This document shows positions 1 through 10,847 of a DNA stretch of 34,867 nt, one piece after another. Every line of letters starts with the position of its first letter. Position 1 is the first letter of the stretch. The notes below the pieces were generated by a model. The model saw nothing but the letters and a program-made list of their open reading frames with translations, ran no database searches and was not told the DNA's origin. Made by a program: the position numbers and the translations under genes. Location of the stretch: contig NC_069006.1 of NCBI RefSeq assembly GCF_001194135.2, positions 18,270,349-18,305,215 of the forward strand, read 5' to 3'. The DNA is from Octopus bimaculoides. Taxonomy: Eukaryota.

Positions 1-55
1 TCGACTTGCGAAGTATTATCACCTAAAACAGGTGGAAGGTATCTGACCTTGCTTG

Positions 56-56
<1 letters not shown>

Positions 57-88
<32 letters not shown>

Positions 89-410
89 TTATTTTTTATC
101 TCAGGTTTCGTTGTATGCAGCCTACGGTACCCTGCTATCCGTTCTTTACAACTATCTCATACATTCCTGATTATTCTGGCCGTGCCAAGGAGGCAAACCT
201 TTTGTAACAGTTCTACTGGGCACTCTATTCCAATTTCCTTTATGTTCCTCTCGATGCCTTTCGATACTCTCCCCAAGGAACCAACAATAATTGGCACTAT
301 CTTCACCTTCTTCATTTTTCACAGCCGGGCCATTTTGTACTTAAGAAGACTGTATATATATCTATTTTTTCGCCTTCCTTCTTGACTATTCGTGGGTCAA
401 AGGGGCATGT
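57..410 (-). mobile_element. 3' end of an R4/Dong-type RLE non-LTR retrotransposon with a (TAA)n tail, 5'-truncated and degenerate
   Basis: Manual minus-strand translation gives TCPFDPRIVKKEGEKIDIY, then after a frameshift LKYKMARL*KMKKVKIVPIIVGSLGRVSKGIERNIKEIGIECPVELLQKVCLLGTARIIRNV* (stop 157-159). This is the typical C-terminus of R4-clade restriction-like endonucleases. A short 3'UTR and a (TAA)n run at 57-88 follow. Confidence 0.85.
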
Positions 411-674
411 CATCAAAGAGACACTGGGGTACAAATATATATGAGGCTCAATATACTCATCATTACTAACCGTCTGGTAAGGATATTCAAGTATATGCAT
501 CACAACCAAATGCACGCGACATGGGGATTTCGTATCACGATAAGCAGCACGAAATTTTGCAGGTGGGGACCCAGTAAAAATGTTCGAGTAGCCAAGCCTG
601 CTCAAAAGGTCCCTGGATAAGGATTGTTTAAGGATGATGAACGAAACGTCCATGTCTCCAGAGGTGAATTATTG
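411..674 (-). mobile_element. Unclassified interspersed repeat 'G', copy 1
   Basis: 471-660 aligns by eye with 8529-8720 (tgcatcacaa..gcgacatgg..ttgcaggtgggg..ctgctcaaaag.tccctg.ataag..ttgtttaaggat.atgaacgaaac). Strand and assignment of 411-470 rest on my recollection of the family, not on in-window evidence. Confidence 0.65.
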
Positions 675-682
675 AGACTGAA

Positions 683-925
683 GTTTGCTGAACGATTGGC
701 ACAGAGGATTCGGTTACAGTGATCAAGCGTTCATGCTGCACAATCAGTTCACTCCCTTTACCAAATTGACATTTTCTGTACAGGTGCATCAGACGTCAGG
801 TGTTAAAGTGACTGTAGGGCAACATGAGATGAAGTGTTTTGCTAAGGGACGCAACGCACATCCCGGTTCGGAATCTGCAATCACCCGATCGCGAGTGCAA
901 CACCCTAACCCCTAAGTCATGCGCA
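683..925 (-). mobile_element. tRNA-derived SINE 'F', copy on minus strand
   Basis: The reverse complement matches 22866-23153 (ggttagggtgttgcactc...gcaaaacacttcat.tca.gttgccct.c..tcactt...gatcact.taa). Confidence 0.8.
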
Positions 926-1164
926 CCTTCCCTCCCTNNNNNNNNNNNNNNNNNNNNNNNNNNNNNNNNNNNNNNNNNNNNNNNNNNNNNNNNNNNNNNN
1001 NNNNNNNNNNNNNNNNNNNNNNNNNNNNNNNNNNNNNNNNNNNNNNNNNNNNAAAATAAATATAAAACAAAACCCCCGACACGACCAGCACAACAAACTA
1101 TCCACCCGACATACGAATCGGATATGGAAGCGGTGGCGCTGATGAAACGGGGGTGCTGGATGTG

Positions 1165-1920
1165 ATATTGGCAGTGGTGGTGGTGGTGATGGTAGTGGTG
1201 GTGGTGATGGTAGTGGTGGTAAATGGCTGTATAGGGAGAGGTGGTTATGGTGAGGCGGTGTTACTGGTGGTATTTTATGGCAGTGGCGAGGCGATGGTAA
1301 TGGTGGTGATGAGTGTTGATGGTGTTGGAGGTAGTGATGATGATGATGACGATGACGACGACGACGATGGTGGCGGTGGTGGTGGTGGCGTTGATGGTGA
1401 TTGAGGTATTGTCAACCTTGTCAGTGGTTGCAGTGGTAGCGGTAATGAAGGTGGGGCGGGGCAGTGTTTCGGTATCAGTACATGACGTTAGTCAAGCGGT
1501 GAGCAGGAATATGGTCCGGCGCCCAAGAACGCCAAAGGTCTCTCCAATGCCAACAAGGCTCGACCATAAACCTTTCAGAGAGCGACCGATACGTTGACCA
1601 TATTTTTTCTTCTCTGCCTGACGATCAGCCGGAGACCTGGGGTGGTAGCTGACAAAACATCAATTTGCCGCTGGTGGTATTGATGATGAAAATTAATATT
1701 GATATTTGTGCTGGTCTTGGTCTTGATGATGTAGGTGGTGGCGGCGGTGGTTTTGGTGGTGGCGCCGATGGTGCTTTATTAATCATTGGCGATGCTGGTG
1801 TCGTTGCTGTTGTTGTTAGTGTTGTGGTTGTTGGTGGTAAGGGTGTTTTTGTCATTGGCGATGGTGGTGCGTTGATGTTGTTGTTGTTGCTGGCGGCGGT
1901 GGGGGTCGTTAGTGTTAGCT
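1165..1920. repeat. Degenerate (GGT)/(GAT)/(GTT) trinucleotide mosaic enclosing a unique island at about 1490-1660
   Basis: Directly visible trinucleotide runs. Confidence 0.85.
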
Positions 1921-2249
1921 TTTTATATGACAAGGGAGACAGATTGTGTTTTAAATAATAGCCCAAGATTGAATATCTCATCCAAAATGGAAGAGGAAGA
2001 AATAAGTGGGAAGAGGAACAAAAGGAAGAAGGAAGAAATGAGAAGAGGGAGGAGGAACAAAAAGAAAAAGGAAGAGGAGGAGGAAATGAAGAAGAATTTG
2101 TCAGTTGAATTTATTGCTGTGTTTTATGGCGTCCAGTCGTTTATTTACAAAGGCTGATCATTTACAATTCATTGACACACTTCATTTTCCGCCTGCTCCC
2201 TCTACCGACAAATATTATCACTCTATACTTAATCCCCGCTTCTTTTAAA

Positions 2250-2840
2250 ACCTACACATACACACATTCATACATAAACACATGCACACTCATACATGCA
2301 TGCAAACACTCTCTGTTTGCCTCTTTCTCTTGCACACGCACACGTTCACATACACATACACATACATACACACATATACACCCACAGTCACACTCACACA
2401 CACACACACATTCTCTCTCACGCTCTTCTTTTTTTTCTGTCTCTCTGTCTCTCACACGCAGACACATACACACACTCAAACACACAAACCGAGGTACACA
2501 ACCTGGGACATACATACTCTTTCTCTCTGACACACACACATACACACACACATCGAGGCACACATACCTCCTCTCTCTCTCTCTCTTGCACACACACACA
2601 CACACTAAGACAGAAAACTCACGCTATCTCTCATCTCTCTGTCTCACACAAGCGCACATTGACACACACAAACGTATACAAACTCACACACATACACACA
2701 CTCAAACACACACACATACACAAACATACACCGCGGGACACTCATGCACACATACCCTTTGTCTGTCACACACAGGTATAATCACGCAACGCACACACTC
2801 TCTCTCTTTGTGACAATACACACACACACACACACACACT
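2250..2840. repeat. Degenerate (CA)n/(CT)n microsatellite field
   Basis: Directly visible; source of the HT/CV-rich ORFs in the track. Confidence 0.9.
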
Positions 2841-3451
2841 CGTACACGCGGCACCTCCCGCATTAAAATGCGCTTTCTTAATAAACCTATTCCCTCCCAC
2901 CCTCATTTCGTCCTCTTTCTCTTTTTCTCTCGCTCCAAGACGCCCTCCTCTCCCTCTCACTCACTCTCTCCCTTCCTCCACCCTCATCTCCCTCCCAATC
3001 TCTCAAGAACCTATTATATTTCCACTTTATTTCCCTGAATCATGTCACGACAAATAAAAAGTTATTTTCATGTTGCGGTTGTTTCGATAACGCTCGGTTC
3101 ACCATTGTTGTTGCTGTTGTTGTTAGTTGTATTACTAGTGGTTGGTGGCGGTGATGATGATGGGGGGGAGGGTTTGTTGTTGTTGTTGTTGTTGTTGGTA
3201 GTAGTGGTCGGTGGATCTGCTATTGTTGTGATACAAACCCCTCTCTTCAACACCCACCCACCGACTGTTTTGACATGGCCGACCGTTTCATGAGAAAACT
3301 AAACCGTCTTTCAAACACAACACGTATACACCCACACAAACATATATATACGACGTTCACAACTACTGTGCATACAAGGTGAAGCAGACACACACATCTT
3401 TCCTTCTCTCACCTCTGAACAACACACGTAAAAAACACAGGCACAAACACC

Positions 3452-3483
<32 letters not shown>

Positions 3484-3514
3484 CAGATATATACACACAC
3501 TTACATACACTTTT

Positions 3515-3693
3515 CACTATCTATCTAGCTATTTGTCTGCTTATCTATCTATCTATCTATTTATCAATCAATCTATCTATCTATCTATTTATCAATCAAT
3601 CTATCTATCTATCTATTTATCAATCAATCTATCTATCTATCTATCAATCAATCTATCTATCTATTTATCAATCAATCTATCTATCTATCTATC

Positions 3694-3726
<33 letters not shown>

Positions 3727-3780
3727 CCTACCTACCTACCTACCTACCTACCTACCTATCTATCTATCTATCTATCTGCT
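3515..3780. repeat. (TATC)n/(TACC)n/(ATCA) tetranucleotide array
   Basis: Directly visible; translates to SIYL repeats. Confidence 0.95.
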
Positions 3781-4160
3781 TGTCCGTGTATCTGTTTATT
3801 TATCTATATCGATTGATCAATCAATCTTACCTCTCACCCCATATTGACACACTCACTGGCAAAGACACACACTCAAAAGTACGCGCATACAAGAAGCAGC
3901 AAAGTGCACACACGTACATGACACCTCTACACCCAAAGGGGCATACACAAACACACAAATACATACATACACATACACACACAGACTTCTCCGTTTCTCC
4001 TCTTCGTTGCACACATAAATTCTCTCAAACACACATACTGGGAAATCCATGCGAGTATATATAAATACACACACACAAACACTCTCTCTCACTCACTTTA
4101 TCTGTCTGTCTGTCTGTCTGCCCGACCATCTCATTCTCCCACGCACACACACACGCACGG

Positions 4161-4191
<31 letters not shown>

Positions 4192-4332
4192 CATACGTTT
4201 TTAAGACAATCACATAGCTTGCACAAATATAGAAACCTCTGTCTACGTGGGTGCCCATCCTTTTCGAAATAACAGCCAAACTCCCTCAAATCACACCACT
4301 ATCAGCTTACGAAAAAGGAAAGATAGAGTCGA

Positions 4333-4740
4333 TCTTTTATCTTCTATTTTTTACTTGTTTGATTGCGGCCACGCTGGGGCGCCGCCTTGAAGAACTTTTA
4401 GTTAAATGAATTGACCCCAGTATTTGGTTTTCGTTAAGCCTGGCACTTATTCTGTCGGTCTCGTTTTTTTGCTGAGGCAATAAAAAACGGGGACGTAAAC
4501 ACACCAACACGGGTTGTCAAGCGGTACTGGGAAGGATAAACACAGACACAAACACACACAGATACATGCAAATATACGACAGGTTTCTTTCAGTTTCCAT
4601 CTATCAAATCCACTCTCAAGGCTTTGGTCGGCCTGAGGTTATAGTAGAAGACATTCGCCAAAAGTGCCACGCAGCGGGGCCGAACCCAGAATCATGTGGT
4701 TGGGAAGCAAACTTCTTACCACACAGCCACGTATGTACCT
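4333..4740 (-). mobile_element. SINE 'B' (tRNA-like head, central microsatellite, 3' body), near full length
   Basis: The reverse complement matches 25373-25937 and 30591-30910 (gtgtggtaagaagtttgcttcccaaccacatg...ttgacaacc.gtgttggtgtgtttacgtcccc...ctggggtc). Confidence 0.9.
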
Positions 4741-6088
4741 ATGTTGTAGTTTTCGCATGCAAAAAGAAGTGATGGGCAAAAAGGGGGAACATTTTTGATC
4801 ACATCTACCATAGATTTGTTGTTGTTGCTTCGTCATAGGTCGGTCTTGAACCCAAAAACTCATTATCAAAGATTTTACCAACTATGACCATCCCGTCTTA
4901 AGGTATATCCAGACGTACACTTTCTAAAGGTGGCCAAAGCTGGAACGACAGGGCGGACTGTGATTAAAACACTAACAATTGTGACATCAATTAATACAAA
5001 TACTTTTTCTGTCTCCCCCTCTCTCTAACACACAAACAATGCATGTATACACACATATATATGCACCTGATCACACGTAGACATTTACACACATATACAT
5101 ATATAAAAATACACATATAGGTACTCAAGCATACACGCATATACATACACACTTACAAATATATTCACTGACAAATATACACCCTTTCATACACACACAT
5201 ACATGCACAAACATACACACGCCTTTTCACACGCACATACATATACACATGTATAAATATATTCATTGATGAGTACACACATTTTCGCACACGCTTTCAC
5301 ACACATTTACAAACATATTCATTAACATTTGTCTCATGCACACATACTGTATTTCTTATGCAGACACTCTTTCACACACACACAACACATACCTCCTCTC
5401 TCACTCACACATACACTCTCCCACACGCGCATTCCCACCCTTTCTCACTTTCTTCTCTCACAGAAACAGTCACATAGTTACAATACTGTCTAAAACACAC
5501 ACACGTACACACCAACAATCACACGCTAACATATAAAAATGCCTCCATTTCTTTTTGTCCTTATAGATTTCAATAATTCGTTCTTGTCAGTCTCTAAACA
5601 CAGGAGAGTTCCAACTCTTCTCCATTAAACGTCTTTCATCACCAACACCCCACCCCCATCTTCGTCTCATACTTTCGAAGCACAACACAACACCGCACAA
5701 TACAACACAATACCATACTCTTTTTTCCCAAGCAGACGATCAGCGTCAAAGCTTCCGCGCCATCTTGTTAATAGCTCTACAAATTAAACTAACAAATAGT
5801 TTCCTTGTTCTCTCTCTTTCTCTCTCCCCACTCCCTCTCTCTGTAGTTTTATCTCTTTCACTCTCTCATTCATATATTAATCGTTCTTTTCTGTATCTCC
5901 CCCTTTTTCTCTCTCTGTCTCTGTCTCACCGTGTCTCCTCACTGTCTTTCTCTTCATCAATCTACGTATCAATCATTATCTCTTTCCTACTCTTCCTGTC
6001 TCTCTTGCTTGCTTCTCCCTCTCATTCATTCTCACTCACTCTCACTCACCCTTTCCCACCATTCTGACAACTTCCTGCTGTCTTTCAG

Positions 6089-6189
6089 ACCGACTAAGTC
6101 ATGCAATCCTTGACACATTGCGAGGAATTCCCAGAGAAGAATGGAGAGGCGGCATGTCTGTAATGACCACAATGGAAGCCGGGATAGGA
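6089..6189 (+). CDS. Candidate coding exon, product unknown
   Basis: Branch-like CTGAC (6064), pyrimidine tract and TTTCAG. Only one frame is open (RLSHAILDTLRGIPREEWRGGMSVMTTMEAGIG). Possible weak donor GGA|GTAATT at 6190. Confidence 0.3.
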
Positions 6190-6574
6190 GTAATTTAAAT
6201 AGAATCTATAATTATATTAACATCGCTGCTACAGCTGTTGTTGTTGCTGTTATTGTTGTTGTTATCATTCATGTTGTTTCTTCCAACAGTTTTTACAGAA
6301 TGAAGTCAGATTAATAATTATTGTGTCGTGACAGCTTTAAAATATTGTCATCCTCCAATTGTTCTGTCTGGTATAAAAACAGTATAGAGCGGTGGTGTCG
6401 TGGTGTGGTATGGGGTACTGCAGTGTGGCGTCGTGAAATGTACTGTATGGAGGCGCGGTGTAGTTTTTCTGTAGTGTAACGTATTGGGGTCTAGGGTGGT
6501 GTAGCGCAGTGCGGTGAAGCGTGATGTTGCATAGAATGGTGTGTGTACGGCCGGGTGGTGCGGTGTTGTATGAT

Positions 6575-6858
6575 TTAATGAGAGTTCGATTCCCAGACTA
6601 GGCTGTGTGTTGTGTTTTTCAGCAAGACACTTTATTTCACGTTGCTCCAGTTCGCTTAACTGTAGAATTAAGTTGCAATGTCACTGGTGCCAAGCTGTAT
6701 CAGCCTTTGCCTTTCTTTTGGATAACATCGGTGGCGTGGAGAAGGAAGGCTGGTATGCATGGGCAACTGCTGGTCGTCCACAAGCAACCTTGCCCGGACT
6801 TGTGCCTCGGAGGGGAACTTTCAAGGTGCAATCTCAGGATCATTCATGACCGAAGGGG
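6575..6858 (+). mobile_element. SINE 'C' (B-box-like gagttcgattccc, then agcaagacactttatttcacgttgctcc domain)
   Basis: B-box-like GTTCGATTCC near 6585. The internal domain is shared with 12701-12760 and, on the minus strand, 14350-14401. Confidence 0.7.
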
Positions 6859-6868
6859 TATTTTTTCT

Positions 6869-7100
6869 GAAGGCGCGTGGTTTAGTGGCATTCGGTTTAC
6901 GACTGTAAGGTGGTGAGTTCGATTCCTGACGGCACGTTGGTGGCCAGCCTTGTCATATTCGGTGTCACGCTGATTCTTCCTGAAAACTACGTTAAGGGTA
7001 CGCGTGTCTTCTGTGGAGTGCTCAGCCACTTGCACGTTAATTCCACGAACAGGCTGTTCCGTCGATCGGATCAACTGGAACACTTCATCGCAACCAAAGG
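6869..7100 (+). mobile_element. SINE 'D': tRNA-like head fused to the 3' body, internal part missing
   Basis: Head ggcgcgtggtttagtgg...gagttcgattcc. The body (aactacgttaaggg...gtggagtgctcag.cacttgcacgttaatt.cacgaacaggctgttccgt..atcggatcaactggaac) is near-identical to 21580-21672. Confidence 0.85.
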
Positions 7101-7147
7101 TGTGTGTGTGTGTGAGTGTGTGTGTGTGTGTGTGTGANNNNNNNNNN

Positions 7148-7188
<41 letters not shown>

Positions 7189-7404
7189 TGTGTGTGTGTG
7201 TGAGTGTGTGTGTGTGTGTGTGTGAGTGTTTGTGTGCGTTCATTAATCTATCTTTGTTGTATATGTATGCTTATAAGCGCATTTAGAAACATAAGATCTT
7301 ATATGTGGCTGTGTGCATGGAAATTGTATGTATGTGTGTATGTATGTATTATGTATGTAGGTAGGTAAGTAAGTAGGTAGGTAGGTAGGTAGGTAGGTAG
7401 GTAG

Positions 7405-7935
7405 GTGTGTAGTTACATATCTTAGACATGCTCATATATACTTAAATGCTAAACTTCTGGAAAGTTTTAAAGATTTTTACAGTTCCAGTAATGGCTTAGA
7501 TCTGTTGTCTTCGAATTAGCTTTCCCCTTTCTGGTTCTGAGAAGCCTAATTTCTCAAGATTGATACTCAGGCAGTGCATTACATATCCCAGCGCCCCCAA
7601 AATTACAGGTATAAATCTAAGCTCATAATCTGGATAGAATAACTACAGATTTCTCAATAGCTCAGCCTAGGTATTCTCTATTACACCGATCGTTAGCTTT
7701 ATGCTAACATCCGCTGGGTAGCTAATTCCCACAACTGTACACAGTTTCTTCTCTATCCCAAATTACTATGTCAGGCTTATTATGCTTACATTTTATTAAG
7801 GTTTTCACTGGTACTCCTTTGTATTACAAGTGGTTATGGCTTCTTTGGACCTGGGGGATGTTCTTCCGACAGATCTCATTATACTGCGCCCTAGCTACAA
7901 CGCCATGTCTCATTGGTAGATAATATCGCGATGAC
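7405..7935 (-). mobile_element. 3' end of a second, distinct R4/Dong-type RLE retrotransposon, embedded in (TACA)n/(TACC)n
   Basis: Minus-strand translation with stops and shifts: MSSRYYLPMRHGVVARAQYNEICRK...KCKHNKPDIVIWDREE..VVGISYPADVSIKL..ELLRNL*LFYPDYELRFIPVILGALGYV..LEKLGFSEPERGKLIRR..AITGTVKIFKTFQKFSI* (stop 7442-7444). Contains the RLE 'HNKPD' catalytic motif and the 'IPVI.GALG' motif. Confidence 0.9.
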
Positions 7936-7981
7936 ATGTAAGTATGTATGTACGTATGTGCTTGTGTATCTATGTATTATG

Positions 7982-8012
<31 letters not shown>

Positions 8013-8396
8013 TGCATGAATGTATGTATATGTGGGTATGATTTTAAAATGTATCCAGTAGTGGGGGGGGGGGCTGGCACAAGAGTTTCAGGCGCTTGAA
8101 AAGTGCGGAGCTATCTCATAGCCATTATTGTTCTCAGATCCACTCTGACCTAGAGTAGAAACATCTGTAGTGGTACCAACTAACATGTGGAGCATGGGGA
8201 GTGAAGGACTTCTAGTACTGCTTACAACATCCTGCTATGAGAAAGTAACCTCGAATAAAAATAAAGTCTGAAGTGTAGTTGGTTTCTGGTCGTCTCAGCC
8301 TTTGTTGTGACTCTGGTGTTAAAGCTGTTTGCACTGGATTTACTGAGTTTAGGAAGTGGTCTTAGTCGGTTACGAGATGACTTCCACCATTCATGC

Positions 8397-8434
<38 letters not shown>

Positions 8435-8493
8435 GTGTAATTTAAGTATCATGTCGTTGCATTATCCTCCTCCTCCTCATCATCATCATCATT

Positions 8494-8534
8494 CGTTAGC
8501 ATACCTGGTGAAATGCTTAGCGACATTTCGTCTG
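8494..8534 (+). mobile_element. SINE 'A' 5' fragment fused to repeat G
   Basis: cgttagcatacctggtgaaatgcttagcgacatttcgtctg matches the family A copies at 9183-9215 and 16604-16643. Confidence 0.75.
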
Positions 8535-8892
8535 ATAAGGTTACACCAGGCACATGCATCACAAGCATATGTGCGCGACATGGTGACCCCATATCAAGAT
8601 AAACAGCGCATGACCTTGCAGGTGGGGCCCAGTTAGAATTTTCTTCAGATTGAGTGGCACATCCTGCTCAAAAGATCCCTGAATAAGAGTTGTTTAAGGA
8701 TAATGAACGAAACACCCATTTTCCAAACCCCAAAGAACTCCTCTCAACACATGGCTACGATGCTCCCCCACTACTTCTGTTCGTGACGAGGGATGCACAT
8801 ATCGTCAGCCACTAAGGGACATGCAGATCAAACAACTGACAAGCAAATCTGTTGCTATTGAGCAGAATATTTGCTGTAGCCCATCTCTTCCA
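8529..8892 (-). mobile_element. Unclassified interspersed repeat 'G', copy 2
   Basis: Similar to 471-660 as noted. Strand inferred from recollection of the family. Confidence 0.65.
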
Positions 8893-9127
8893 ATTAGTTA
8901 AGATCAGAAGACATGAAAGCCTTATTGCCCCTTGTTCTTGTATTGTTCTTTGGTTTTGTATCCGGCCCTTGAGGTCAATAAAGCAAATATCATTATTATT
9001 AGATATAATTATGGTCATTTTTATTTGCTTTTTGTGCTGTAACTCGTCCTTCGATATTGTCCTCCATGTCTGGGGTTCTTGTGGCTAATAAAAGAAATCA
9101 TTATTATTATTGCTGTTGTTGTTGTTG

Positions 9128-9158
<31 letters not shown>

Positions 9159-9163
9159 CATGA

Positions 9164-9367
9164 AAGCGTGAGCTGGCAGAATTGTTAACACGCTGGACGA
9201 AATGCTTTTACATCCGTTTTTACATTCCGAGTTCAAGTTCCGCCGAGGTTGACTTTGCCTTTCATCCTTTCGGGGTCGATAAATTAAGTACTAGTTTCGT
9301 ACTGGGGTTGATCTAATCGACTGGGCCCCACCCACAAAATTTCGGGCCTTGTGCTTAGAGTAGAAAT
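9164..9367 (+). mobile_element. SINE 'A' flanked on both sides by (ATT)n
   Basis: gagctggcagaa..gttaacacg..gaaatgctt..gagttcaa.ttccgccgaggt.gactttgcctttcatcctttcggggtcgataaa; four near full-length copies in the window. Confidence 0.9.
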
Positions 9368-9368
9368 G

Positions 9369-9421
<53 letters not shown>

Positions 9422-9850
9422 TTATTATTATTATTATTATCTGCCCAGATTTCTGTCTTTTGCTCTATTTTAATTACCTCGCAGTGTTTATCACTATCTC
9501 ATTATTCACCACCACTACCACCATCACGACCACCAGGGACCTCCACCGACGCCATCAACCGCCACCACCACCACCACCAACGCCACTGCCATCGACACCC
9601 ACCACCACCACCACCACCACCATCATCATCATCATCGCCGCAATTGCCATAAGTTACCGGTTTTTGCATCGCGTCGGCCAGTCTATCTTTCCACTCTGCT
9701 CAAACATGACTTCTTTTGCTATCGCCGGTTGAGGCTGTTGTAGAACAAGACGTTCGGCTCCAGTAAGTCGACCAGTAGATGTCGCTAGCGAATTAAACGC
9801 CTTATGATCACGAAAGATAGTTTGCCAGGGGCGTTTGATACTGCTGCTGC

Positions 9851-9886
<36 letters not shown>

Positions 9887-9934
9887 CGTCATCGTCGTCG
9901 TTGCTACGCATGCTATGTATTACACATGTATGTA

Positions 9935-10142
9935 CGTGTGTATATGTACATGTATGCATGTATATATATGCGTGTATGTATGCATATATGAATGTGTGTG
10001 TGTGTGTGTGTGTGTGTTTATATGCGTATATACATACACCCCCACACTCATGCGCACACACATATACTCACAGACATATAATGGGAGATTTAGGTATTTG
10101 GGTATATATGTATATAGGCACGTATGTATGCAAATATATGCA

Positions 10143-10194
<52 letters not shown>

Positions 10195-10400
10195 TATATA
10201 TATATATATACATACAAATGTAAATACACACGCACACATACATATACATACACAGATATATACACACACACGCACGCACACACTCACATATATCTGTATG
10301 TATGTACGTACGTACGTACGTACGTATGTATGTATGTATGTATGTATGTATGTATGTATGTATGTATGTATGATACATGTGTGCATATGTCTTGTATGTG
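9935..10400. repeat. (TA)/(TG)/(CA)/(TATG)/(TACG) compound microsatellite
   Basis: Directly visible. Confidence 0.95.
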
Positions 10401-10800
10401 TGCTTATATAAATCACTTCATTTACTCAACTATCAGATCGAGATATTTTTTTCTGTATATTTTATATTTTTCTTGTTGTCCATTTTATTTTTATATATTA
10501 TCATTTACGTACTTAATGTTTTAATTTTCTTTTACGATGGTCGATGATGTTGTTGTCGTCGTCTTCACTTTTTGTTGTTGTTTTTGTTAATCACAGATTG
10601 TCACAGTTTAATTATAACTAATCCCTTACAGCAATCCCCTCATCCTCTTCACCTCCTTCATCACACGCCACCCCCCATTACATTTCTCCCACATGCGTCG
10701 CCTCCTCCTTCATTTCTCTTTCATCTCTTCTTCATCTCTGCCTTACTCCCCCCGTCCACCCTTTCTCAGTTTCTTCGCCATGTCATTACAAAGATTTCTA

Positions 10801-10847
<47 letters not shown>

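Noticed and set aside
902-914. CCCTAA-like telomeric repeats
   Set aside because: Part of the reverse-complemented SINE F head (ggttagggt); fewer than two clean units.
1510-1580. Resemblance of GETFGVLG/LGRRTIFLL to ABC (GECFGLLG) or MFS motif A
   Set aside because: Walker A is absent and the conserved D of motif A is missing; too short to assign.
5567-6067. About 166-codon open frame after ccttatag
   Set aside because: Largely a C/T- and CA-rich low-complexity tract that lacks stop codons by composition.
6089-6189. Loose resemblance of ILDTLRGIPREEWRGG to the NAALADase/PSMA PA-domain segment
   Set aside because: The spacing and the downstream Y..GPG are not conserved; no gene symbol assigned.
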